This document shows positions 38,104 through 49,935 of a DNA stretch of 54,519 nucleotides, piece by piece. The notes below the pieces were generated by a model. It saw only the letters and a program-made list of their open reading frames with translations, had not been told where the DNA came from and did not search any database. This DNA comes from Podarcis gaigeae (lineage: Eukaryota), in the NCBI GenBank assembly GCA_964106915.2, contig OZ066917.1; one strand, given 5' to 3'. The position numbers and the translations under genes are program-made. Each line of letters starts with the position of its first letter. Position 1 is the stretch's first letter.

Positions 38104-40529
38104 ACAGTCACTGCTGGGTGGATGCTTCTTCAGCAATCTCTCACTGCCCAGAATCTTAATAGCAGGCCCAGTGTCAAGAGTGGAAGGCCCAGCAGAACCA
38201 GCACCAACCACCAGCAGGCTGAGAAGCAGCAACAGCCAACACTGGCAATGAAAAATGCCTCTCCAAGCTGGCATGGCCCTCCTTGAATGGGTAAACCCAT
38301 GTTCTGTGCCACACTGTCATATCACCCAGATGGAGCGGGCAGGTAAGCAGAGTGAGTCTGCTTCTTGCCATGGTCATTCAGTTGCTCACTCAAGGGACGT
38401 GAAGGCGGTACTGGTGGGTTAGGAGGATGAGGGCATAGGTGTCCCAAAACCATTTTGCTGAGAGCTACCCCACCCCACAAATAGACCCAACCTGTCCTGT
38501 TTAATAGTAGGTTGTAGGGTTCACTTTTGATTGGAAAACCTGATTGGCTTTTCACCATATTGGCACTGAAATCTGGAACCAGATAAAATCCCTTTGTGGC
38601 TGTATGTGGTTTGTGTGAGCTGCTAACTGGCTACCCCCCTGCAAAGTCAATGAATTCATCTCAATGCATGCCGAGTGGGACCTTTGAGACCTTTCAAGTG
38701 GTTTGTATCTGACCTTGCTGAGCAGGCCTGAGAACATCAGCCAGTGTTACTGAATGTGAAGTGTCTGCATGCATTTGTATGATGCCCTGGGAACAAGTTA
38801 TTTGGATGATGCAGCTGTTCTTCTCAGAACATAAAACCCAAGGAGTTTGAAGAGAAGTTGAATTAATTTTTTTTTAAAAAAAAAAATGTGTACATTAAAT
38901 CATGCCAGGGGCAGGGAGAATGAAAAGAGGCTATTTCTGGGTGGCTTGCTTCTGAGGTAGTTAATCCTTTGGCTGCTAAAAGAGCAATCCCCATGGTAAA
39001 GATAAGAATACTCTAAAGGCCATGAAGGCCCCAGAGGTCAAAAACATGAATCTCAAAAGCAGCTTAAAAGAAGGCTTATTTCATGGAAACAAGCTCAGCC
39101 AAAATGGCAAAGCCTAACAGAAACAGTGGTGTTAAGCATTGTGCATTGTTTGTAGGAGAATCAGATTGAAAGAAATGGCGCAGATCAAACTGGGGGTGGG
39201 GGGTGGCAAATGAAGTTAGGTTGATTTATAAAGCTCTCAGTTATTTTGGGTCATCAGCACGTCAAGCAACATTATGAATGTATTTTTGCAAAGGGTTTGA
39301 TGGCACAATTACATTCCTAGCTGGCTGACTGCTTGACGGAATGAAGCTGTGAAATGTTATGGAAGATGCTTCACTATTTCAATCATTGTTTTTAAATATC
39401 AGAGAAGGTTTGGTTTTCTTTTCAGATGGTCTTGTTAACCATCCTCTCTGTTCTGAACAAAAAGGAAATTCATTCTTCCTATAAAGGAGATGTCTTATTA
39501 GCTCTCAGGTTGTCATTCACAGCCATACTTCAGCCACACCATTCACTATTCTGTGAAAGTGGGGAAAGGATGGTGATACGCAGTTAAAGGGGACCCATAA
39601 ATTCATCTGATTTTTTGTTGTTTAAAGGCTACTATGCAATTCAAACTGTGTATTGACAAGGGCAGAGGAATTTGGGGTGTGCTTTCTCTCTGCCAATATA
39701 TCTATCAGATATATGCAGTGGGGGGTGGGGCGCCTGCAATGAAAAGGAGAATGCACGCACCACAACAACCAGACCACCTGGGTCATGGAGAAGATGGAGG
39801 AGCTCCAGATGGGTCTGAAGAATTCATTGTTATTTATACAGCCAGCATAAATGTTTTTCCCGAGATAACATTTCTCTTGGTATATTGGGACCACCAACAA
39901 AAGGAGGAGGGACTGAAATCTTGCCGCGTTAATAGCGGTGGTGTTTATGGCTTTGGCATTTATTAACTTGTGGGAGCTGTTTATTGGTCCATAAAATTTA
40001 CTAATGGGGATATTATCTGTAAATTATATGCTTCCTCTACTGTTCAGGCTATTTATAGTGGCATAGTTATAGTTTATCACCATTTACCGGCATAAATCCC
40101 ATAAGGGGACTTTAATTGCAAATTGCTTGTTTATGCTGTGAATAAACTAGAGCAGTAATGTACAATATGTTGAGCGTGCACATATACACTTCCTTACACA
40201 ACTACCTCCCTCCACTTTATATTATACTTCTATAGTACAGTCACAAAAATCAACCTGGACCCTATGCAAACTCTTATCTTTATAAACAGAGGCTTACATG
40301 GCATTTAAGCCAGTACTTCAGTGAATTGCAGAAAGCAGGAGTGAATGTTTTCTGTAACAGGAGCAGACAGAATAGTCTGACCCAAATTCAAAGCCCTCTG
40401 TAGAAATTGGTGTCATTTAAATTGAGCTTTGAAACTGGTCAATGTCCAAGTTTGGAACGTCTCATACACAAGATGTGATGACAGTTCATGAGGGCAATCT
40501 AGTGTGAGAGTCAGTGTGATGTAGCAACT

Positions 40530-40663
40530 TCAGCAGGACTGATGTAGTGTCTCCAGATGTGGTTGGAGTCCCAACTCCCATCAGCCCTAGCAAGCACTGC
40601 CAACCATCAGGGATGATGGTAGTTGTAGTTCAGCAACATATGGAAAGCATCACATTGGCTAGT
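40530..40663. mobile_element. Older hAT-type MITE related to 10119-10254
   Basis: ctccagatgtggttgga...caactcccatca...gatgatggtagttgtagt core. Appears to interrupt an old SINE. Confidence 0.6.
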
Positions 40664-41319
40664 ACCATAAAGCTCACCCTGGGTCAGCCAAATTCTCTCC
40701 TTAACCTATGTCACTGGCTTATTTGATGTGATGTTATTTTATCACCTTTCCACTCTGAATACAATGCACTCAAGGTGGCTAATGTCATACTGAAGAACAA
40801 TACATCTACAATGAAAAGAAAAAAAGAAAGCAAGTCCCATCCCTACAAAACAATGGTATAATGGTTTGTGTTTATGCCCTAGTTTGAAGCCCTTCAAGCT
40901 TCTGATCACAGTCCAATCAACTAGAGATGCATCCAGTGTTTCTGAATTTGATTTAGCTGAGTAACCTGCTCGACCAAATGATTACAGACATTTGTGAGCT
41001 TCTCCTTAGGCTGTTTTCCTCTAATTGTTCCACAAGTTTGCAGATGATAAACCAAGGACTGTAACCAGTGAATTTTTGTGATATTGGTTTATTGTTATTT
41101 GTGCTCTTCCTTTTCGTTTCCTGGACTTGTAACTTTATTTCCAAGCAAATTCCATGTCGGCAAAACAGTCGCAATCAATAAAACTTTGAAGAGAGCGGAT
41201 ACAAGAACTCACAAGGCAAGGGATACAAAGCAAGACAAAAAGAAACACAAACAGCACCAGGTGATTCTTAATATAAAGAAAGCAAAGCATAAAGCTACAT
41301 TGTCAATTTTATGTTTCCA

Positions 41320-41850
41320 ATAATGAATAAAAAGCCAAAATTCTCTAAATTTCTTGAATAATGGAAACCTTTCTTTAATTCGCTTGTATTTAGTAGTCTT
41401 CAAAAATCTGCCCACATTCCAAATTCCAGTTGTATATTCATAAATGCTTGGAACAGAAGTGCTTTTCCGGTTAGGAGCTATCATGACCCTTTCCTGGCTG
41501 CACCAACTATATATGAAAAATGACCAAATTGCAATTTTCCACCCCCACCCCCAATAAACCAGACAAGAAGTTGGCCAATAGGTCAAAAGAAAACTTATAA
41601 TTTGCAATATCCTTTCCACTTTCTATCATTTGCCCGCCTTGATGTTTCTTTGTTTTTGGATAATACCATAAATGCGTATCTTATCTGCCACAGTCTTACC
41701 ACATCTCCAAGTTAGAGTTTCAAATGCCACTGAAATTATGTTTTAGATTTTTTTCTTCTATTACCATATAGATATTAATACTGAGAGAAAATTATGGTAG
41801 ATCCACTGTTATATTTGTCGTGGGACTGCATAATTAAAATGTATTCCCAG
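41320..41850 (-). mobile_element. Decayed L1-clade LINE 3' fragment
   Basis: Minus frames give WRCGK...HLWY (zinc-knuckle remnant) and FKKFREFWLFIHYW (L1-type ORF2 end). Confidence 0.5.
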
Positions 41851-42509
41851 CTATGATAGAAGTCTGTTTGCAAGAACCTTTTTTTCTTCTTTCACAGGGA
41901 AGCTTTCAAGCACACAAGCCCTTACCAGAATCTGAAGCTGCAGAACCAGAAAGTGTGCTTTCACTTCATCTGGCATTTGCTAAAACTAGATCATAATGGG
42001 GCAATTTGCAGCCCTTACAACCACAAAGTCAGATCACTCAGAACACTCAGATCTGTAAGCCGCTACTTGCAGATCTGGAATGATACTGCAAGGCACAAGA
42101 CTGCCATCTGAGAGAGGACTAGGCCTGTGTCCAAGCTCAAAGTAACGTATCATGTTTTTATTATGAAAGCCATCCTACTGCAAAAGTGTCCGTATCTTTT
42201 CCAAGTTGCATAAAAGGCAAGAGTTTTGCCAGACACATCTTTTCCGAGTGAAGATATGCAGTGATGGGAGGGTGGTCAAATTGTTTCTTCTATGCAGCTT
42301 TTAAAGGGTCAGGAGTCGTGTCAGGGTTTGGATCAGCATGGCCACTATCCCCAAGCAACTTGTAAGAAAACAGAAGGGCAGCAGAGTCTGGCTGTGTGCA
42401 TGTGCATGTGGTGGTGGTGAGGGGTAAGGTCCTTAGCTAGAAACTTCACAAAAACATTTGGAAACTCCTGAGTTACCCAGTGCTCACTGCACATATAACA
42501 ACCGAGAGT

Positions 42510-42733
42510 AAAGGTAAATTTAAATGATTTTAATTGTGAAAGTGCATGTACAGTACAGTCTATTGAAGTTTGAAAGAATTACAAAAGTATCTAAATTATA
42601 TTTCTACAATAAAGTAAAAAAAACAAAAACTTACATTTCCCCAAAAATCTATAACTGTGATTCTTTTATTTAAAAAAGCATGTACAGTAAGCCTCCAGAG
42701 AAAGGAAGTTGCAACATTTATCTGCAAGAGGTG
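42510..42733 (-). terminator. EFHC2: EFHC2 3' UTR with candidate poly(A) signals
   Basis: Minus-strand AATAAA at 42670-42665 and ATTAAA at 42534-42529 downstream of the stop, with several TGTA motifs. The true end is unknown. Confidence 0.55.
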
Positions 42734-42832
42734 CTAAGAATCTTCATTACCAAAGAGATCCACCATGAGAGGTAAGTATTGAACCTTCTTCACTGGAAGG
42801 GTCGGTGGCTCCCCTCTCCATTCATCTTCATA
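42734..42832 (-). CDS. EFHC2: EFHC2 last exon, coding part (32 aa + TAG)
   Basis: Acceptor ttctattattttAG. Translates YEDEWRGEPPTLPVKKVQYLPLMVDLFGNEDS*, resembling the recalled C-terminus CEDVWLGMPSPIPAKYIDYWTFLKDAFGLEEE. Phase 0 matches the preceding exon. Confidence 0.88.
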   Translation of the reverse strand, partial: YEDEWRGEPPTLPVKKVQYLPLMVDLFGNEDS

Positions 42833-44572
42833 CTAAAAATAATAGAATAAGTGGTCAAAACACATTTAGGGCTGAAATGGAAAGTAGCCAGAAATGGCAC
42901 AAAACACAATGAAGCCGTGCTGTCCTCATTTCCGTCCATAAATCATTATACAAACAGAACTATGGTATTATAGAGCAACATTAACAAGAATATGTTTAAG
43001 CTTAAGAAATCAGGTGCAAGTTTCTAGAACAAATGGTCTTAAAACAGAGAAAGAGACAAGGAAAAACCTCAGCAGCATTAACACTCACCTGGGGAATGCA
43101 AAATCACTCTAATCAGCCTTAATTTGAGGAGAATCAGTAACAGGAGACTAGCAAAATCTTAGAGGCTACTCTGAAGGCAGGATTGAATATTGATTCCCAT
43201 GCCCAACCTAAAAATACACCACCACCACAAGAATCCACTGGTTACGTGCAACTAGTGGGGAGCTTGCTCTCCTCAGCCCACCTTGTAATCAACTTGGGTT
43301 TCCATACTTTCTTAGAGAACCTGCAGAAAAAGCTTGAGCTTTCCATGAGCTTTCCAAGAAAACTCAGAAAGATCAAACCCAAAGAAGCTCTCCACAGTGC
43401 TTCCTCCCTCCATGCTTTTCTAAAACTTACCATGATAAAAGGGTGTTGGTGCAAAAAACAGCTGAGCTCAGCAGTAGCAGAAGCCTCCTCTTTAAACCAG
43501 ACCTGGATGTGCATAATTTCCCAGTGCCTCACAGAAAACCCCCCTTTCCCAGGCAGCGTATAATGCTCCAGAGGCATCCCCAGGCCCATCTTAAGGATGA
43601 GGTCTCTGTAGCTCCAGAAGCTCCCTGCACTATCTCTCTTTCCATTTGAGAATCAGTGCTATAAAAACAGAATACATTCAATATACTCCACTAACAATAT
43701 AATATGACCCGGTTGACAGTTTGATGGCTGTCAGGGATGGGAGAAGACCTCAACTTTAAACCAGGCTTTGGAATTTTGGGACATAAATTGTTTAGTTTTT
43801 GCTAGAGATTAAGCTAGCTGGGGAATAGTGATCTTCAGTACAGCATTCTTGGAGAAGATATCAGGGCAGTAAACTGCATCTATGAAGCCATGGGACCAGC
43901 GAGGAGAAGATTTATTTCCTGGGACCTGTTAGCTTAGAAACTGGTAGACAGATTAAATAAAACTCTCTGGATTCAGTTAGTCAATGAGAGCACAGCCTTG
44001 AGGTTTCTGTGTGTCAGATATAATCATCAAGCACTCCAGAAATACTCAATCCTAAATCACAAGTGAGATGAAGATATAATGGATAAAGTTCAAAAATCCA
44101 ACAGGGGGATTCAAATTCCATTCCTTCCTTTAGTTTCCCTCAGGACCCCCTTTTCATTAAAATGTACTCATCAAAATTATCTTCAGCTATTTAAACAATT
44201 AAAACAAGGGGGGAAATACACCAAAAATACTTTGAGGCAAACTGAGCATAGATTTTTACTTTCAATCCAGATGTCATGCAGCAGCAGGAAACAGGTTGGA
44301 AATCTGATGTACTGAGACACCCAACATGTGGCTTATACCTCATCAGAAGAACGTGCAACCTCAACAGTCAAGTAAGAAGTGGCCTTCGGAATATGAATAT
44401 AAGCGTAGTGAAGTTTCAGATTCCACAAAATGTTTTGGATGTTTTGTTCTCGTTCATTGCTAAGTACATTTTTTATTATTTGACTGCAATAATTTTTTTG
44501 ACTTCCTTTGAAAGCTACAGTAGGAGGTTCTTGTTTGTGCAGGTCCATTAGTCAGAAATACTTTTGGCTTAC

Positions 44573-44678
44573 CTGTAAAGGCATCAAGATGGTTTGGAAA
44601 ACTGGAATTGGATGATCTCTCCAGTTTAGCCCATCAACTAGTTTCTTATAATTTACTTGCTCTTTGCAATCTTCACAC
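44573..44678 (-). CDS. EFHC2: EFHC2 penultimate coding exon (106 nt)
   Basis: Acceptor tctgattttAG and donor cag|GTaagc. Translates (1 nt)+CEDCKEQVNYKKLVDGLNWRDHPIPVFQTILMPLQ, resembling recalled EFHC2 FEDSEKQIDYKSFFSALNWRKNPVP. Lies inside track ORF 44552..44755. Confidence 0.92.
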
Positions 44679-44989
44679 CTAAAATCAGATTGGGAATGCA
44701 CATATTCAGGAAGTGACTGGCTATTACTTTGCTTAACACAGCAATGATTTTTCATCCTTTACCTAGAAACTATCTTTTTGAACCCATAAGAACCAAATGG
44801 ACATGAATTCATGATGTGTGTGTGTGTGCGTGCGCAGAGGGGGAAAACATACCCTTTGTCACTCACTGACAGCCAATCCCTCAATGAAAGGTGGGGGGGC
44901 CAGTGGGGGGGTCTAGCATGTTTCATCTCCACAAAGTTGAATGCAGCTACAACAGTCATGATTCCATGGAACCCCTTTGCAACCAAGCT

Positions 44990-45385
44990 GTCTTGGTTAT
45001 AGTTTTGAAACTATTTTTCATGCTGATTAACATCTACAAAACAAAATCTACTGTGAATACTATCTGGACAGAACTAGAGAATTATATAGAATCCCTGGAA
45101 TCCCTATATCCTACTGCAGTGTTTATCATTGCAGAGGATTTTAACACACGTATGGGAGCCAACAATGTTAATTTGTACACCCACTATAATCAGATTCTGG
45201 AACCAGATATCTACTTAGCCAGAGGTACCTCCCATTTGTCTAAAGATCATATTTACAGTAGCCGAAATTGTAAGGCGGATGGACTTGCTAATATTAAATG
45301 GTATGATAGAGGAAGATAGGCCCGGGGAATATACCCACTTTACAAAGCATGGAGGCAGTGCTACAGATTACAATCTCACAATCTG
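44990..45385 (+). mobile_element. Non-LTR retrotransposon AP-endonuclease fragment
   Basis: LINIY...WTELENYIESL...FIIAEDFNTRMG (GDFN motif), and after frame disruption GEYTHFTKHGGSATDY (S-x-x-D-Y motif). Confidence 0.7.
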
Positions 45386-45535
45386 CATATAGGTTTGTCA
45401 TGGTGTTTGAGGTGGGCCCTTTTCCCTTCAATATATATTACCTTTAAATAAAACCTTGTAAAAAATAATTTTATGATGATTTATTACAATAGTTAACTAT
45501 TTCTGCTTTTTACCTCAAATGCAATGGATGGAATG

Positions 45536-45536
<1 letters not shown>

Positions 45537-45585
<49 letters not shown>

Positions 45586-46345
45586 TGTTGTGATTATTAT
45601 GACTATTTATTGAATTTATATACCGCCCTATGCCCGGAGGTCTCAAGGCATTTTATATAAAAGGACCACAGTATATAAAATTAAAATAAAAGCAATAACT
45701 CAATAATATCCCAAAAAAGAGCCATATTTTAAAAGGATATGGAATGTTGATCAGGTCAACTAAAGGCCTGGCTAAAAAAGGAGCGTTTTTGCCTGTTGCC
45801 TAAGGTACCCCTGCCCGTACAGGCCAGTCGTGTCCGACTCTAGGGTTGTGCGCCCATCTCACTTAAGAGGCCGGGGGCCAGCGCTGTCCAGAGACACTTC
45901 CGGGTCACGTGGCCAGCGTGACAAAGCTGCTCTGGCGAGCCGGCACCAGAGCAGCACACGGAAACGCCGTTTACCTTCCCGCTGGAACACAGTACCTATT
46001 TATCTACTTGCACTTAGGGGTGCTTTCGAACTGCTAGGTGGGCAGGAGCTGAGACCGCAGACGGGAGCGCACCCCGCCGCGGGGATTCGAACCGCCGACC
46101 ATGCGATCGGCAAACCCCAGGCACTGAGGATTTACCCACAGCGCCACCCGCGTCCTGTTGCCTGTTGCCTAAAGGTGTATAATAAAGATGCCAGGAAAAC
46201 TTCCCTTGGGAGAGCATTCCATAGATGGGGAGCCACTGCAGAGAAGGCCTGTTCTCGTGTTGCCACCCTCCGGGCCTCTCGAGGAAGAGGCACACGAAGA
46301 AGGGCCTCAGAAGATGTTCTCAGGGTCGGGGTAGGTTCATATGGA
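45537..46345 (-). mobile_element. L2 LINE 3' fragment with (AAT)n tail, split by a Sauria SINE
   Basis: Minus frame ...REQAFSAVAPHLWNALP... (L2 ORF2 end) and an (ATT)n tail at 45537-45583. Confidence 0.8.
45804..46157 (-). mobile_element. Near full-length young Sauria SINE
   Basis: Head ggacgcgggtggcgctgtggg, B box, high CpG, and 15-bp TSD ttgcctgttgcctaa (45789-45803, 46158-46172). Confidence 0.92.
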
Positions 46346-48739
46346 ACCTTACCATTGTGGGAGTACCAAATGAAAATTCCAAATGAAATGGGAGTGCCAA
46401 ATGAAACTGTTTAGGTGAGTCTAGTTTGAGCAACCTGCTATTATAAGAATTAACAAATGATGTAGAATAAAGGAAAATTAAACTCTTCATTTATTTTGAT
46501 TTCATATGCTTGGAGTAGACACTGAATTATATCTGGAATTCTCTTATGAAAAAAGGATGAACACCTGGTTTGAACTGGTGTTCATGTTCCCTTCTCCTCT
46601 ATCTGGGAGGGTACGCAGTGAGGAGGGACGTGGCAGGAGTATTTTCTGAATATTGTGCTGGCCTGCTTATGTTTGCTTTCTCTTCCCCGGGCCATTCATG
46701 CCTTGATGCTACTAGCACAATTTAATGACAGGGATGTCGTGGTCCCTGTAGCTCCCATGCTTTATCTATCATAAGGGAATATTTCTTATAGGCTGATTCC
46801 TATGGGACTCATTTCTGAATTTAGAAGCTGAATTCCATGAGGTCCGACCATCCTATGTGAAAATTTTAAAAACCTTTGTTTATCAGCAGTATGCAACTGG
46901 TTTAGGGATGTTCATTATGTTCCTGTGTTTGCTTGCTGATGGGGAATCTGGAAAATTGCCACAAATATGTTTTACATTATTATTTTTTCTTCTGGTTTGG
47001 GACAAGTAATCACTTATCACATAAAAATATTGAACCAATAAATAGCCAGAATTTTAGAGATTATATCCAAAATCCTGGATAATAATTATTCCCAATCCCT
47101 TATGTTTAAATAGCAAACACACCCAATAAAAGTCAACAGGCATTAAACCTGATTTACACTTCAGTCTAAGAATAAAGTGTATTCTTTCAGTAAGCTCTAT
47201 GGCCCTTGTAATATATTTTGTGTCCTTTTTTTTACAGCTACTACTACAAGCTTTCATCACAAAAGTATCTTTTGGGAAAACACTAGATGGCTACACTATG
47301 CTAACCTCCTGCAATTTTATTAATAAGTTTTTGCCATTCTCTGCTCAAAGTATGCTTCTTTTGGCTGGCTTGGAAAAGACCAGAGAAAAATGGAAGAGAT
47401 ACAAGGTTCTAAGGAAGAAACGCTTGCAATGCATGTACAGTATCTGATGAAAAATTTCAGAACTTACAAAGGGACTTCTGGTGGTTAAGCAGAGGTAATG
47501 GTCCAATGCCCTGAAAAAGCCTTGTTCTTCTCAAATAGCTACCATTCTCCAGCCTCTGTCCCACAGTCCACCTGTCTCCATTTTCCAGACCCTTCTCACC
47601 TTCCATTTCCAAATCATCACCCCAAAATGAATCAGTCAGTCCAAGTTAACCTGACTACCTAGATCTTGGAATCAGAATCTATTATGCAAAGCAGCCATAT
47701 GCAGATTTGCTTAATTTGTGTCGTAGGTTTTTGATTAGAAGGCAATTTTTGAATACATATAAACCCAATTGTTTATTATTTTCCACTGGAGGGTATGCAG
47801 TTTATTTTTTAAAACAAAAACAGAAAGCAGTATTTTTGACCCTGTGCTTCTCTTAACTACCGTACATTGAATTGTTGTTCCATGCATGCCTTTCCAAACA
47901 GAACCCCAGATTACCCCTCTGTTAACTTCAGGTGCTTTTGCACGCCCATCAAGTTTCTTCTTCTCCATCCACACTTCCTTTCCTGGTAACTGATCTGCAG
48001 TACAATCTATGAATGTTTACTCAGAAGTCTGTTCAATGGGATTTGCTCCCAGAAAAGTAGCAATCTAGCTGCTGGGTTCTGAACTTAAGTTTCTGAGCAC
48101 TCTTCATAGGAAACTCCCCAAAACACACCAAAATAGTCTAGACCGAAGGTTATCGGAGCATAGGTAACTGTGGCCAGGCTCGCTCTGTGCAGAATGGGAT
48201 TGTGCCCTAAGAGACGGCGTAAAAATCTTTGAAATAAGTGAAATGGGGAGGGGAGATCAAAAGCAGGCGAGGGCCACAGGGACCAGTAGTGTCAAAACTA
48301 CTGTAAATTTCGCTCCATAACATGCAGATTTTTCCTCCCAGAAAGTAAGGGGAAATGTCTGTGCGTGTTATGGAGCGAATGCCTACAGATGGCGGGGGAA
48401 TCTGCTGCAGTTGTGAGCAGTCCGTGGCTCGCTTTGAAACAGCAAATCGGGTGTAAGCGGCTCCTGTCAGCTAGCGGAGCCGGGGAGGAGGGAGAGAAGC
48501 AGAGCGGGGTTGGCTGCTTTAAAACAACCCCGTCCTCTATGTTCCTCTCTCCTCCCCACTGAGCTGCTAAGTAGCAGCAAAGCTTTTCAGCCAGCCTAGC
48601 CGGGAGGAGGGAGAGAAGCAGAGCGGGGTTGGCTGCTTTAAAACAACCCTGTGCTCTCTGTCCCTGCCTGCAGTTTTTTGCTGTCCGATTTTGGATTAGC
48701 CACTGTAGGGGCTGTGTGTGTGTGTGCTTGAGCTATCGT

Positions 48740-49390
48740 TCTCCTCCTGCTGCTTCCCGTTCACTCTCCCTGCGCCCCTGCACTCTCCCTCCGACTTTAG
48801 AATTGACACTCTGTGTGTCTGTGTGTGTGAGAGAGGGCTCCTTCTCCTTCTCTTGCTTCCCGTTCACTCTCCCTGCGCCCCTGCGACTTTAGAATTGACA
48901 CTCTGTGTGTCTGTGTGTGTGAGAGGGCTCCTTCTCCTTCTCTTGCTTCCCGTTCACTCTCCCTGCGCCCCTGCGACTTTAGAATTGACATTCTGTGTGT
49001 CTGTGTGTGAGAGAGGGCTCCTTCTCCTTCTCTTGCTTCCCGTTCACTCTCCCTGCGCCCCTGCGCTCTCCCTCCGACTTTAGAATTGACACTCTGTGTG
49101 TCTGTGTGTGTGAGAGAGAGGGCTCCTTCTCCTTCTCTTGCTTCCCGTTCACTCTCCCTGCGCCCCTGCGACTTTAGAATTGACACTCTGTGTGTCTGTG
49201 TGTGAGAGAGGGCTCCTTCTCCTTCTCTTGCTTCCCGTTCACTCTCCCTGCGCCCCTGCGCTCTCCCTCCGACTTTAGAATTGACACTCTGTGTGTCTCT
49301 GTGTGTGTGAGGGCTCCTTCTCCTTCTCTTGCTTCCCGTTCACTCCCCCCAGCGCCCCTGCGACTTCTAGCGCCCTGCGACTTTAGGGCC
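48740..49390 (+). repeat. Minisatellite with 90-101 bp unit, about 6-7 copies
   Basis: ctttagaattgaca recurs at 48795, 48887, 48977, 49078, 49172 and 49273. Confidence 0.95.
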
Positions 49391-49650
49391 AGTTCTCTCT
49401 CTGCGTGTGTGTGCGTTTTGACCTCACTGCGCTTGTTGGGGGAGAGTGTTGGTCGCAATTTTTCTTGATTTGTCTCAGAGTGGTTACTATCATGGTTTCC
49501 TTGTTGGGGAGGAGGGAGAGACGCGGAGCCCGCTTGTTCTAAAGGAGCAAAGCCGGAGAGGAGCCCCTCCTGCATTATTAGCAGCATCCTTCTCCACACC
49601 CCCCACGCGTGCTCCTTGTCCCTTGAGTTCTTTTCCTTTCCTCCCCACTT

Positions 49651-49935
49651 AAAACGTGGTTACAAAGCACGGATCCACATGGATCCTCAGGATTTTTGCA
49701 CTAGGTCACCCCAAATTCACCATCAGATCACATAGCATATCCATGGCTACAGCCTGCACCAAAAAACACACGCACCCACTGTTTCATGGGGCCGCAATGG
49801 CGCAAAAACGTGGTTACAAAGCATGGATCCGCATGGATCCTCAGGATTTTTGCATTGGGCTACCCCAAACTCACCGTCAGATCATATGTCTGTGGCCACA
49901 GCATGAACCACAAAAATCATACATCCACTGTTTCG
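49651..49935 (+). repeat. Two diverged direct repeats (~150 bp period) inside the transposon
   Basis: aaaacgtggttacaaagca...ggatcctcaggatttttgca occurs near 49651 and 49805. Confidence 0.85.

Noticed and set aside
45830-46414. 194-aa ORF
   Set aside because: Antisense read of a GC-rich SINE plus L2; no protein family recognised.
48629-49599. Repetitive ORFs, and a possible CRISPR-like array
   Set aside because: These are translations of a minisatellite. The units are contiguous repeats with no unique spacers, in a vertebrate context.
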